A stretch of DNA of 64,000 nt from an uncultured Candidatus Poseidoniales archaeon (GCA_905182715.1 CAJJCP010000003.1:67580-131579); one strand, 5' to 3'; numbered from the stretch's first letter, positions 1 through 10,015 are shown. Made by a program: numbers and translations. Notes: a model not told the origin generated them from the letters alone.

Positions 1-267
1 AAATTTCGAGTCGACATGTATTCAAAGAAGATTACCCGAAACCAGCCAGCCCTGATCACCACTCCCCCGATGAGTATGGGGTAAAGTGACTGGAAAAGAC
101 CCGGCCCGATGAGAAGAACTCATCAATCGAGGCCGTCAAGAAAAGACCTTGATAACGACGATATTACACTTGAAAATCCATCGGGTTTTAACATTACAAA
201 AAATGTTGAGAATTGTAAAAAAATACACACTCATCACACCCTTACGGTGTGCCTTTCAGAGGGGGAG

Positions 268-351
268 TGCAGAGGGCAGGATTCGAACCTGCGAACTCAT
301 AGAGACTGGGACCTCATCCCAGCGCCGTTGACCAAGCTTGGCAACCCCTGC
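268..351 (-). tRNA. tRNA-Leu (anticodon GAG), long variable arm, CCA not encoded
   Basis: The reverse complement folds by hand into a cloverleaf. Acceptor is GCAGGGG/CCTCTGC with one G-U. Anticodon stem is CTGGG/CCCAG with loop AUGAGGU (GAG). It has a 13-nt variable arm, T arm GCAGG-UUCGAAU-CCUGC and discriminator A. Confidence 0.9.
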
Positions 352-463
352 TTCAACCAAGCGTTAGAACGCGCGTATATCAATTCCGCGACATGTCCTC
401 AAGGACCTTATCGCCAATTGTGAACTTCAAGAGATACAGAGAAAGCGGACGGTTTAAGGATGA

Positions 464-1846
464 ATGCAAGCGGTCGTAAAGCATCCAACAGGTGATTTCA
501 TGCGCTGGCTCTTCCTTACACTCATCATGCTTCTCGCACCACTCAGCGGTTGTTTTGGGGAAAACACAGTTGAAATTGAAGAACAATTGACCGTAGGCGA
601 AGTCTCAAGCGCAACCCGCGGCCAATACTTGACACTCGAAGTTGATTCAAACGTCGATTGGACCTTTAACCGGTCGGATGGACTTTTCTATGTTGATGAA
701 TTTGGTGTTCTAAGAGATTCAATGGAAATGACGTTTTCTTCTGAAATAAAATTCTTGGAACTTCTCATCCTCGACACGGAAAGAGATTCTGTCGATATAT
801 CTATTTCAGCTGGCACAGAACTCTGGAATGCAACACTCACTCTTCAAGACAGTGACGAATACATGTTGGTTGACGGTAGGCGCGCCTACGAAACAATCGA
901 CATGCTCACCTCGTCCTACAACAACCGCTGGTGTGGCAGTGCTTCAGTTCACGAAGGCGGTTCTGCCTACGAGGCTGCCGCTGAGGCAATGGCTGAGGAG
1001 ATGTGGGATATGGGATTCGATTTTGTCGAAGTCACACGCTATGATGACGACCCCGACCAACTCAATGTGGTAGGATATAATTGGGGGAGAGTCAATCCAG
1101 ATGAATACATCGTCATTGGCGGACATTTCGACATTGCATATGTCTTCACTCCACCGGGTGGCGGCACCAGCGAAGGGGCAAACGACGACACCTCTGGCTC
1201 GACCGTTTCACTCGAAATGGCCCAAGCACTCGCATCGACTGAATTCGATCATACAGTTGTTGCAGCCCTTTGGTCTTGCGAAGAAGAAGGTCTTCTTGGG
1301 TCGCAAGCATATGTTAACCACTTGCCTGAAAATGTGACTGTTAAAGCCTACATGAATTTCGATATGGTCTCTCTCAATTATCCAATCATCCCTCTTTCAG
1401 AGCCATTGGTTGGACCTGGCGGTGAACTCTTTTCAGCATCAAAATATGAATGGGAAATTAGCATCGCAGGGGCAAGTGACAGCAACATGCAACTGATGCA
1501 TGATTGGGTTGGTACGATTATTGAGGACGACCTTTCTTATCAGCCAACTGAAGCCAATCCAATTAACTGGCAGATTGCTGAATCGTGCGCTTCCGACCAT
1601 TGTTCTTTCTTTTCTGCTGACTACCCGACCTTTAATTTCTTCAGTCCAGGGGGAGAAATTTCATTCTGGCAAGAGTGGCATTCGCCATCAGATACGCTTG
1701 ATTTCATGACTGCAAAGGCAGGCGGTCAGGCCGGAATGTCGAGTGGTTTCAACAGCCTCGTTTGGTCTTCACTCGATTTGTTTGTTCGGATTGATAACTC
1801 CGACTCTACTTTCCAGGGTCGCTGGTATGACGCTCCAGCTGCTTGA
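464..1846 (+). CDS. M28-family zinc aminopeptidase, exported (lipobox-like signal)
   Basis: 460-aa ORF. The more likely start is ATG 500, giving MRWLFLTLIMLLAPLSGC. M28 metal-ligand blocks are visible: GGHFD, ANDDTSGS, SCEEEGLLGS, NFDMV and a late WHSPSD. Confidence 0.85.
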   Translation: MQAVVKHPTGDFMRWLFLTLIMLLAPLSGCFGENTVEIEEQLTVGEVSSATRGQYLTLEVDSNVDWTFNRSDGLFYVDEFGVLRDSMEMTFSSEIKFLELLILDTERDSVDISISAGTELWNATLTLQDSDEYMLVDGRRAYETIDMLTSSYNNRWCGSASVHEGGSAYEAAAEAMAEEMWDMGFDFVEVTRYDDDPDQLNVVGYNWGRVNPDEYIVIGGHFDIAYVFTPPGGGTSEGANDDTSGSTVSLEMAQALASTEFDHTVVAALWSCEEEGLLGSQAYVNHLPENVTVKAYMNFDMVSLNYPIIPLSEPLVGPGGELFSASKYEWEISIAGASDSNMQLMHDWVGTIIEDDLSYQPTEANPINWQIAESCASDHCSFFSADYPTFNFFSPGGEISFWQEWHSPSDTLDFMTAKAGGQAGMSSGFNSLVWSSLDLFVRIDNSDSTFQGRWYDAPAA

Positions 1847-1848
1847 CA

Positions 1849-4347
1849 TTAAACAGGCATCCTGCCGCGAAGACGTAACCACGTTTCGCTTCCAAACATC
1901 AAGGCATACAACGATGCGAGCCACAGTGTTGGCCGACTCCACTGTTCGATGAAGCCAATAGAAGCGCTCGACTCCCCAGTCCCTAGAACCAGCAAGATAC
2001 AGAGCCATACCATGGTTACGCCGTGGAGAGCCCAACGTAAGCCCGACATGATGTCCGTCGAATTTGACTGCATTTCGGTAACTTCAACTTTAGTTAAAAC
2101 AGCAGATACGCCCACCAATTTATCCAGTGCTGAACCCCCATTCCAACGAATACGGCCAAGTCTAAATCGGTTTAGAATTTCAATTCCAGTGAAGAGAGTG
2201 ATCCATACAACAACGACTTCGAGTAACGGCTCAGCGCCGAGTAAATCCAGTGTGCCCCAAGTTGACCAAACAAGCAAGCCCCATAACCATCCGACGAGAA
2301 TCAGTTGAAAGGTTCGAGCAAATCGCGTCAAACGTTGCAGTAATTCCGCGTCATGTGAAAGCAGATGTTCGAGCGTAATAACCAGGCCAGTAACGCCAGA
2401 TAGCCCAACAGAGATGAGTAACCACCACCAATCAAGATCGCCGTCGCGCCAAGCGAACATCAGTGCCACTAAGGTCCATGCTAAGGTGATAACAGAAGCC
2501 ACATTTACCGTCGCTTGCATTGTGTAGAGCGGGTCCCGCCCGTCTTTGAGAACAGCCAAGCCACCCATCAATCTGATTTCAAATGCAGAATCATCAACGA
2601 TACCGTGTCCTGCTGCAGTCATACCTCCAGCTGCCTTCAATCGTGCATTACCAACAATACTTTCAGCCTCACCGAGCGCCCATTCATCATCAACACCTTT
2701 GGTGCTCCAAGAAGAGCCCCGACTTGCAGCATGCGCAGCACCAGTGCCTCGATTTTTAGTATTGCCAGAAGAACGAGTTTTCGCCCATGCGCGAATCTCT
2801 TCAGACATGATGTCTTCGACTTGGTCCTCATTGAGCGGGGCGCCGTGGTCAGTGTAGAGCCATCGGCATTGGATTGGAACAGGGGCGGGGTCAACATCGG
2901 GTGCGACCATTTGAAATTGACCAGCGTCAAGAGTCGGTAATTGAGCGACCAAATTTTGGTCCCCTCCACTTTCTTTCAGTAAGTGGCGGACTTTGTCAAT
3001 ATCTTGTGGCTGAGTAAACCTTCCAATGAAGGTGGTATTGGCTTGGGCCAATATTTTGTAATCGACGTCGCTAACGTTTTGTGTCGCTAAAACACAAGCA
3101 ACACCGTATTTTCTCGCTTGCTTGAAGATCAATTTTATCAAATCCTTTGCTGGCGGATTTCGCGGATGTGGTGGAAGATAGGGTGCGACTTCATCCATGA
3201 AGAAGAGCAGTTTAATTTCGTCATCTGCAGGCTGCTGAGTAAGCATCCAATCGTACAATTCACGTGAAAGTTCTTGAACGAAATATTGCTTCTGAGCCTC
3301 ATCTTGGATGGTGTTAAGGTACACGATGTTGAGGGGTATTTTTCCTGGTATCGCAGGTTCAACAAAAGCATCGATATCAATAGGGACGCCATTCGAGAAC
3401 AGCAATTGGTTGACGCCAGAAGAGTACGCTGAGAGCCGGCGTGCTAGATCGTTACGAGTGGCTTTCGTAAGCCGCTCTTCAAAATCTGTCAACCGATGTT
3501 GGGCCATCACTTCTTCCCATGGCGGGGGCTCGATTTTGTCCTCTCCCTCTTCAACTTCATAGAAGCATTCGGGGTAGAGTTTACGAGTAAATTCGAGGTT
3601 AGGCTCACGCACAACGCGGGCTAATGCTTGGAAATCGCCAACATCTAAACCGTGCTTTGTCCCCTGTACTAGAATTTCGTAGAGATACGGTTTGACGACT
3701 TTTCCTTGCGCCTTTTCAACATCATAGCCGGCAAGGCTGGTGAAGCCAGCAGCCACCATATCCCATGCAGTAATGGCTTCTTCAGTGTCAAGGTCGGAAG
3801 GTGGGGCGCGAAAAGGGTCGATACACAACGGCAAACCTTTGCTGCGTAATGGCGTCCAAACCCGGACTTCACACATCTCCATCAATTTCTTCGCACGAAC
3901 AACATCTCCACCCTGGCTTTCAAGTTCATCAAGGTCTATACCGAGTGCAAGACGTGCTAAATCCCCTTGAGGGTCGATGATGAGTGAAGGAATTTTTGCC
4001 AATGCGGCCTCTTCAATGAGGGCTTTTGCCATGACGGTTTTTCCTGAACCTGTCGAACCCAACATTGCAGCGTGACGTGCTAACACCATTGGTTTGATGT
4101 CAATGGGCTCTCCAGTGTCTCTTCTTGTACCGAGAAACATACCTTTTGGTTTGAATTTCTTCTTCGGTTTACCTGTTGAAACAGGCTCTTTCAGAACCGT
4201 TTCCTCGGGTGAAAGAATATCCCCGACTAAATCGGCAAGACTTCGCTCATCAGGGTCAGCGGTGGCTTCATCGGAATCACCGTTTTCAGACACCATATGC
4301 GAGGCAAACCGGTTGGAGGTCTTCAAAGGCGCGCTGATAGGGGGCAA
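1849..4347 (-). CDS. HerA/FtsK-superfamily (DUF87-like) P-loop ATPase fused to a C-terminal polytopic membrane domain
   Basis: 832-aa ORF. Walker A is GSTGSGKT, Walker B is LLFFMDEVAPY, and an LATQNVSDVD sensor-like block follows. The last ~250 aa contain about six hydrophobic helices, e.g. VASVITLAWTLVALMFAW, WWWLLISVGLSGVTGLVITL, FQLILVGWLWGLLVW and VTMVWLCILLVLG. Confidence 0.75.
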   Translation of the reverse strand: MPPISAPLKTSNRFASHMVSENGDSDEATADPDERSLADLVGDILSPEETVLKEPVSTGKPKKKFKPKGMFLGTRRDTGEPIDIKPMVLARHAAMLGSTGSGKTVMAKALIEEAALAKIPSLIIDPQGDLARLALGIDLDELESQGGDVVRAKKLMEMCEVRVWTPLRSKGLPLCIDPFRAPPSDLDTEEAITAWDMVAAGFTSLAGYDVEKAQGKVVKPYLYEILVQGTKHGLDVGDFQALARVVREPNLEFTRKLYPECFYEVEEGEDKIEPPPWEEVMAQHRLTDFEERLTKATRNDLARRLSAYSSGVNQLLFSNGVPIDIDAFVEPAIPGKIPLNIVYLNTIQDEAQKQYFVQELSRELYDWMLTQQPADDEIKLLFFMDEVAPYLPPHPRNPPAKDLIKLIFKQARKYGVACVLATQNVSDVDYKILAQANTTFIGRFTQPQDIDKVRHLLKESGGDQNLVAQLPTLDAGQFQMVAPDVDPAPVPIQCRWLYTDHGAPLNEDQVEDIMSEEIRAWAKTRSSGNTKNRGTGAAHAASRGSSWSTKGVDDEWALGEAESIVGNARLKAAGGMTAAGHGIVDDSAFEIRLMGGLAVLKDGRDPLYTMQATVNVASVITLAWTLVALMFAWRDGDLDWWWLLISVGLSGVTGLVITLEHLLSHDAELLQRLTRFARTFQLILVGWLWGLLVWSTWGTLDLLGAEPLLEVVVVWITLFTGIEILNRFRLGRIRWNGGSALDKLVGVSAVLTKVEVTEMQSNSTDIMSGLRWALHGVTMVWLCILLVLGTGESSASIGFIEQWSRPTLWLASLYALMFGSETWLRLRGRMPV

Positions 4348-4387
4348 AAAGAAGTAGACTCAAGGAGGTCCACCGATTCGCCGAGCC

Positions 4388-5488
4388 ATGGAGCGAATCC
4401 CAATGGCCCGACCATCGTGGGACGAGCCAATGCGTTTAGCGGCGATGGCAACCCTCGACTCGAAACAATGGGTCAAGGGAGCGCAAGGCAAAGCGTTCGG
4501 CAAAGCATTCGCTGAACACTGTGGAGCGCTAAGTGCCACACCTTGTCAAAACGGCTCATCTGCACTGTGGGCCGCACTGAGAATTGCAAACATCGGGCCA
4601 GGCGATGAGGTAATTGTACCCTCATTTACGTTCATTTCTTCCACGACGTGTGCTCTTTTAGTTGGTGCAACGCCCGTCTTCGTCGACATTGAACCCGATT
4701 ACTATTGTTTAGATCTTAATGAAGTCAAAGCGGCAATTACACCGAAGACCAAAGCGGTTATCGGTGTTCATTTATTTGGCCAACCCTATGACCAAGGGCT
4801 CGTTACGCTTTGTCAAAATCACAATTTAGTTTTGATCGAGGATGCGGCTCAAGCACATGGAGCCGAACAAAAATTCTCTGATGGTAGCATCCGCAAGGCA
4901 GGGGCAATGGGTGATATCGGCTGTTTCTCATTTTTCCCTTCAAAGAATATGGCAGTAGGCGGGGAAGGCGGAATGCTCACCACAACTCACCCTGATTATC
5001 AGGATAAAATTGTAGGAATTACCAATCACGGCCGCAGCCCTGACCTTGAAGCAATACAACTTGGAAGCAACCTCAGGATGTCTGAAGTTTCAGCATCCAT
5101 CGGACTCGTTCAGCTTTCAAATCTCGATGTTTGGGTCGAACTTCGTCGACAAAACGCTGCTTTATTCACGCAAGCATTGGCCGATCACCCTACCCTCCAA
5201 GCCCCAACCGTACGGCCTCATTCCACACATGCATGGCATCAATATTGTATTCGTACCGATCATCCAGATGCACTTGTAACTCATCTTGACGAATTGGGGA
5301 TTGATGCACGTCGCTATTACACAACGCCTTGCCATCAACAATACATCTACAAGAACCATGCACAATTCACACAACACTTTGAAAACACGCACATAGCGTC
5401 AAAGTCATTAGTTGCAATTCCAGTCATGCACGAACTTCAAGAAGATGAAAAACAACGAATCGTTACAGCACTACGAAATTACCGGTAA
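4388..5488 (+). CDS. DegT/DnrJ/EryC1/StrS-family PLP-dependent sugar aminotransferase
   Basis: 366-aa ORF with family blocks GDEVIVPSFTFISS, LIEDAAQAHGA and the FSFFPSKN lysine motif. Confidence 0.9.
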   Translation: MERIPMARPSWDEPMRLAAMATLDSKQWVKGAQGKAFGKAFAEHCGALSATPCQNGSSALWAALRIANIGPGDEVIVPSFTFISSTTCALLVGATPVFVDIEPDYYCLDLNEVKAAITPKTKAVIGVHLFGQPYDQGLVTLCQNHNLVLIEDAAQAHGAEQKFSDGSIRKAGAMGDIGCFSFFPSKNMAVGGEGGMLTTTHPDYQDKIVGITNHGRSPDLEAIQLGSNLRMSEVSASIGLVQLSNLDVWVELRRQNAALFTQALADHPTLQAPTVRPHSTHAWHQYCIRTDHPDALVTHLDELGIDARRYYTTPCHQQYIYKNHAQFTQHFENTHIASKSLVAIPVMHELQEDEKQRIVTALRNYR

Positions 5489-5489
5489 T

Positions 5490-6056
5490 TCATTCAACGC
5501 CTTTGTGAGCAAGAGTTGAGTTTGACCATTGGTGGAGCCCAGTTATTTCCATGCCGAGCCATTCAGGCAATATGACCTCATAGTCAATATTTGGTAATTC
5601 AATTTCTGCAAGGACTAAGCCAGCAAGACCACCTTCAAATTCATCAACTTCCCAAACCATTCCATCTTCCCCCTTCCAGTGGAATCGGGTTTTAGTAATC
5701 GAAGGATGTTGCTTCGAACTGACAATTTCATCTCCCAGTTCGCGAGAAATATTCCATTCAAGTTCTGTCGCAGAAGCGTAGGTTCGCTTTCCTTTCAAGG
5801 TTAATGTGACAGAATCTTGAGTAAATCGAATCCGTGAAGTCCAATCTTCAGTTGCTTCAAAGAGGGTTCTTTCTTCATCATTCATTTGAACCAATACGAA
5901 TGTATCCCCGTATCCTAAATCGTTCCCATTCCTTTTGAAAAGTGACGAATCGAGGTAATACTGAGATATTTCAGACCGATGCTCACACTGCCTCCAGGGA
6001 AGAGCATCCACCTCGTCAACGAAAAAACGACGTTCAATTTCCACGTACTCGCTCAT
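5490..6056 (-). CDS. CYTH-domain protein (CyaB/thiamine-triphosphatase-like)
   Basis: 188-aa ORF. The N-terminal EIERRF matches the CYTH ExExK-type signature. Acidic beta-strand pattern continues to the end (WEVDEFEG, LAEIEL). Confidence 0.7.
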   Translation of the reverse strand: MSEYVEIERRFFVDEVDALPWRQCEHRSEISQYYLDSSLFKRNGNDLGYGDTFVLVQMNDEERTLFEATEDWTSRIRFTQDSVTLTLKGKRTYASATELEWNISRELGDEIVSSKQHPSITKTRFHWKGEDGMVWEVDEFEGGLAGLVLAEIELPNIDYEVILPEWLGMEITGLHQWSNSTLAHKGVE

Positions 6057-6204
6057 TCTTACAACACCTCAATCTGCACTTGAACAATGACAACAACCAT
6101 CGCTTGCCAATGGAGTATATTTCACCTACTACGGTTAAACCGAATATGTGGTTTGTCAAATCATTGAACCAAGTTCTTGAAAACCTATCCGCCTATGTAC
6201 TCAC

Positions 6205-7017
6205 ATGAACGGAAGTTGGGGTATCCGATTTCTCATTGTTGTATCTCTTGCCTCGGTGCTTTTTGGCTTTGCCACACTCAGCGAGGGGCAGGCAGATACT
6301 GCAACAGATGCGCCTGTGGATGAAAATGATTTTTCAGGAGTAGCAACTGCCGATGAAGCCGAACAAGAAAGTTCTCCATCTGAGAAGAAGAGCCCAGAAT
6401 CTACAGAAGATGGATTAAACAACGATTCATCAATTGGCTTCATCGGTTTTGGTGCGGGCGTATTTACCCTTCTTTTCTTAAGTTCGGCTCTTTCAGAAGC
6501 CATTAAAATTGCAATTCTAATGGCAATTGTTACCCCACTTATCGCGAAGAAATCCAATCGCGACGACCTCAACAGAGGGAGAATTTTGGGATTCATCGAA
6601 GCAAATGCAGGAATTCACTTTTCTGCACTAAGAGATGCACTTCAACTTGCCAATGGAGTCACAGCCCACCATTTACAAATGCTAGAAACACAAGGCTCCA
6701 TCATTTCATGGAGAGACGGTAAACTCAGAAGATATGCGGCTGCCAACATTTCTCCAGATCAAATACATGCTCTCAGCCAACCGATTGTTGGTACCCGGCT
6801 CGCCATTTTAGAAACTCTTGCAGACGCAGGTGCCCTTGGATTGTCAAATAAGGAACTTGGGGCGAAATTACAACTCTCAAGACAATTACTTTCACATCAT
6901 ATGATTCAATTAAACGCCAACCAACTTATTGAAAAAACCGATGCAAAAAAGCGCTCTCCATGGAGGCTTACGGAAATTGGAACTGAAACGCTGAACGACA
7001 CTGCTTCGCCATCATAA
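6205..7017 (+). CDS. Membrane-anchored transcriptional regulator with two winged-helix (ArsR/MarR-like) domains
   Basis: 270-aa ORF. Signal-like N-terminus, acidic exposed segment and TM region (FIGFGAGVFTLLFLSSAL..ILMAIVTPLI). These are followed by ILGFIEANAGIHFSALRDALQLANGVTAHHLQMLE and RLAILETLADAGALGLSNKELGAKLQLSRQLLSHHMIQL. Confidence 0.6.
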   Translation: MNGSWGIRFLIVVSLASVLFGFATLSEGQADTATDAPVDENDFSGVATADEAEQESSPSEKKSPESTEDGLNNDSSIGFIGFGAGVFTLLFLSSALSEAIKIAILMAIVTPLIAKKSNRDDLNRGRILGFIEANAGIHFSALRDALQLANGVTAHHLQMLETQGSIISWRDGKLRRYAAANISPDQIHALSQPIVGTRLAILETLADAGALGLSNKELGAKLQLSRQLLSHHMIQLNANQLIEKTDAKKRSPWRLTEIGTETLNDTASPS

Positions 7018-7101
7018 CGTAAAATCACTTTACCAATTCCTTCATATCAGTGTGCGAAAGTGGTAGGAATATGAAAGAACACAAAACACTGGCTGTTTTC
7101 C

Positions 7102-9435
7102 TTGTTTCCCTCTTCCTCGTGTCCGGCTGTTTGGGCATGGTTGACTCGGAAGTGGAAATTCCAGACGTCACTCTTCCAGATGATTGGTCAACCGTCGTTC
7201 AACGCAGCGTTGCAAGCCCTCAATTATCTCAGTTTGCTGATTGTGATGATTTGGAAACATCTCTTAAAGTCCTCAATAGCCGAAGAATACAGAATTCAAC
7301 TCTTACAGGCTGTCGAAGAAGAATACTACTACGGAGGCGGAATGTGGGCTGAAGACGACATGGTGATGGCCGAGGGTGCTGAAAGTGACTCAAGCACCTC
7401 TTCCGCACCGACTACAAAACGCCAAGAAGGTACTGACTTTTCAGGAACCAACAACCAAGAGCAAGGTGTCGATGAAGCAGATTTCGTCAAAACCGATGGT
7501 TATTTCATCTACTTTTTGAACGGCAACAATCTTGAGATCTTTGGCGTACCTGAATTTGGTGAACTGACTCACCTTTCTACTACAAGAATCGAAGGCACAC
7601 CTCAAGCAATGATGCTTGATGGCGACCGACTGGTCGTCATTTCCACCGTCTCTTCTTGGAACATTCCGCAAACAGATGCGCTCTCTTCTGTGATGGGATG
7701 GGATAACGGCTACGGTTCATGGCGCACCTCTTCACTCACCAAGTTCACGGTTTTGGACATTACAAACCGTTCTTTGCCAGCGGATGGAAAGGAATTGTAT
7801 CTTGAAGGATATTACATGACTGCACGAGAAGTTAACGCAACTGTTCGGACCGTAACACATGCTTGGCTTGACATTCCAGGTGTACAAAGCTGGTTAGACC
7901 TCCCTTCAGGCTACTGGGCCCTCGATTATGACGACCCAATCCGCCGAGAAGTTCGAGAGAAAGTTGCGTACCAGACCATGCTTGAAAATCAAATCTCACT
8001 TGATGCACTTGCTCTTGAAGACATCCTTCCGAAGGTGTATGAGCGCTCCAATGGGCAAATTACAGTCCATACCATGGATGATGAACAATGCGCAGACTTC
8101 GTTGCTCCAGAAGACGGGTTCAATCGAGGCTTCAACAGTATTTTCACCTTTGATTTATCTTCCGAGGACTTTGAATTCCAAGCCGATCACATCGTGGGGA
8201 ACTACCCTCTCGTCTACGCTTCTGCTGACGTCCTTATCTTGACGGAAAATGCGTGGGACTGGTGGTTGTTCTGGGGCAATGATGGCATGGCTGAAGCAAC
8301 CAACATCCACACGTTTGATATTTCACAAGCAGGCGATACAACCTATACTGGCTCAGGGCGCGTGAACGGAACAATTCTCAACCAATTCTCTTTATCCGAA
8401 CATGAAGGAATTGTTCGAGTCGCCGTCACCTCGGGGCAATGGGCCCGTTGGTGGATGGAGAATCCTGAGCCAATGAGTTCCAGCGTTGTTACCTTTACCC
8501 GCAGCGTCGATGTTCAAACCGACCAGCAAATCATCATTGAAGTTGGCCGAGTTGACAATATTGCACCCGAAGAACGAATTTGGAGCGCGCGCTTTGATGG
8601 AGACCGTTGCTATCTCGTCACGTTCCGCCAAATCGACCCTTTGTGGGTTATCGACATGTCAGATGAGACCAACCCAACAATACTTGGAGAGCTCGAAGTG
8701 CCAGGGGTCTCAACGTACATCCACCCGCTTTCTCGAGATCACTTGTTGACCATTGGAATGGGCCCAGGAGAGGCTGATGGAACAGGACTTGATTGGTCAA
8801 GCACCCGTCTTTCTTTGTTCAACATCACCGACCCGACCGCTCCAGCAGTTGACGACCACCTTACACTCACGCCTGTTGCGGACCCTGCAGATACTGCATG
8901 GATGTGGTCGTACTCCGAAGCCTCGTATGAGCACAAAGCATTCCAATATTGGGCACCCAAAGGACTGTTGGCCATTCCTCTTTCAACCTACAGATACCAA
9001 AGCTGGACAGACTCAAACGGCGGATATCATTGGAATTATCAATATGTTTCCAAGTTAATTCTGGTGAATGTTTCTGAAGACACGGGTAACCTTTCCGTGC
9101 ATGGAACAGTCGACCACTCTGACTTGTATGACCGCGATGACAACCAGAACTGGTGGAATGGCTTCAACATCCGCCGTTCAATCTTCATGGGTGATTTCGT
9201 CTATGCAATTTCATCAGCAGGCGTTACAGCGACGAACCTTACAACCATGGATGAAAGCGCAAGCGTAGAACTCGCTTATGAGAACCCATACAATACGTAT
9301 TACTACGACGTTGCAGTTGATTCTGATGCAGGGGAGAGCACAACAAGCGAGGGCGAATCTTCAAACTCTGATGGCGACGACAAAACGGATTCTTCTGACA
9401 CTGAAGGCGCCGGTTCGGAACCAGATCAAACTTAA
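7102..9435 (+). CDS. Secreted beta-propeller-domain protein (PF09826-like); its signal peptide lies in a different frame (7071-7270)
   Basis: 777-aa ORF with GTNNQEQGVDEADFVKTDGYFIY, typical of the 'beta propeller domain' family. The first ~55 tracked codons look off-frame. The overlapping ORF 7050-7352 supplies MKEHKTLAVFLVSLFLVSGC (ATG 7071). See the finding on the frameshift. Confidence 0.8.
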   Translation: MFPSSSCPAVWAWLTRKWKFQTSLFQMIGQPSFNAALQALNYLSLLIVMIWKHLLKSSIAEEYRIQLLQAVEEEYYYGGGMWAEDDMVMAEGAESDSSTSSAPTTKRQEGTDFSGTNNQEQGVDEADFVKTDGYFIYFLNGNNLEIFGVPEFGELTHLSTTRIEGTPQAMMLDGDRLVVISTVSSWNIPQTDALSSVMGWDNGYGSWRTSSLTKFTVLDITNRSLPADGKELYLEGYYMTAREVNATVRTVTHAWLDIPGVQSWLDLPSGYWALDYDDPIRREVREKVAYQTMLENQISLDALALEDILPKVYERSNGQITVHTMDDEQCADFVAPEDGFNRGFNSIFTFDLSSEDFEFQADHIVGNYPLVYASADVLILTENAWDWWLFWGNDGMAEATNIHTFDISQAGDTTYTGSGRVNGTILNQFSLSEHEGIVRVAVTSGQWARWWMENPEPMSSSVVTFTRSVDVQTDQQIIIEVGRVDNIAPEERIWSARFDGDRCYLVTFRQIDPLWVIDMSDETNPTILGELEVPGVSTYIHPLSRDHLLTIGMGPGEADGTGLDWSSTRLSLFNITDPTAPAVDDHLTLTPVADPADTAWMWSYSEASYEHKAFQYWAPKGLLAIPLSTYRYQSWTDSNGGYHWNYQYVSKLILVNVSEDTGNLSVHGTVDHSDLYDRDDNQNWWNGFNIRRSIFMGDFVYAISSAGVTATNLTTMDESASVELAYENPYNTYYYDVAVDSDAGESTTSEGESSNSDGDDKTDSSDTEGAGSEPDQT

Positions 9436-9649
9436 CAAAAGTTCTCATTTTTCAATATTTAGAAGGGCCCCCATACGAACGCCCTCGCTTGAAAGGGTGC
9501 CGACGTACACGAACCATAGAGACCCCTTCTGTGGACGAAATCTGTTTCCAAGGATGTACTGAATGATATCTTTAGTCTTTCTAAGATAGACCTAGATTGA
9601 GGCTAATGCTGGTGATAACTTTATTTCCAATCTGAACGAACGTCCATAC

Positions 9650-10015
9650 ATGGGTGATGATGAAAATGAACATGAACGCCCGAGAAAGGCCAACAGAAGA
9701 GGCATGAACTATTTCGGTTTATTTTTGTTGTTTTCTTCATCGAGTATTATCTTCACACCCTTGTTGGAAAATTTTCCAAGTTTAGCGCCAAACGGTTGGG
9801 AAATTTTGATTTGGCTCGCCTGGGGGTATGCCATGTTCACCTTTTCTATCATTCTCTTGATCGTCAACAATGTGTTTCGATTTCTCGAAAACCAGAGATC
9901 GGATGGGTCTCCATCACATCCGACCCGTAATTGGCTCAAAAATTTCAAAACTCTCGGAACGAGTTTGCTTCTTTGGTTCGCTCTAATTATCATTTTATGG
10001 AATATACCTGTTTAG
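9650..10015 (+). CDS. Small hypothetical membrane protein (about 3 TM)
   Basis: 121-aa ORF with a basic N-terminus followed by hydrophobic helices. No recognisable family. Confidence 0.5.
   Translation: MGDDENEHERPRKANRRGMNYFGLFLLFSSSSIIFTPLLENFPSLAPNGWEILIWLAWGYAMFTFSIILLIVNNVFRFLENQRSDGSPSHPTRNWLKNFKTLGTSLLLWFALIIILWNIPV

Noticed and set aside
1-84. Open frame from the window edge to TAA at 82-84 (KFRVDMYSKKITRNQPALITTPPMSMG)
   Set aside because: It is only 27 codons with no recognisable motif. I cannot tell a gene 3' end from noise.
9601-9680. Possible C/D-box sRNA (gtgataa ... ctga ... gtgatgatga)
   Set aside because: No terminal D box (CUGA) follows the second C-like box. The second half lies inside the start of ORF 9650-10015.
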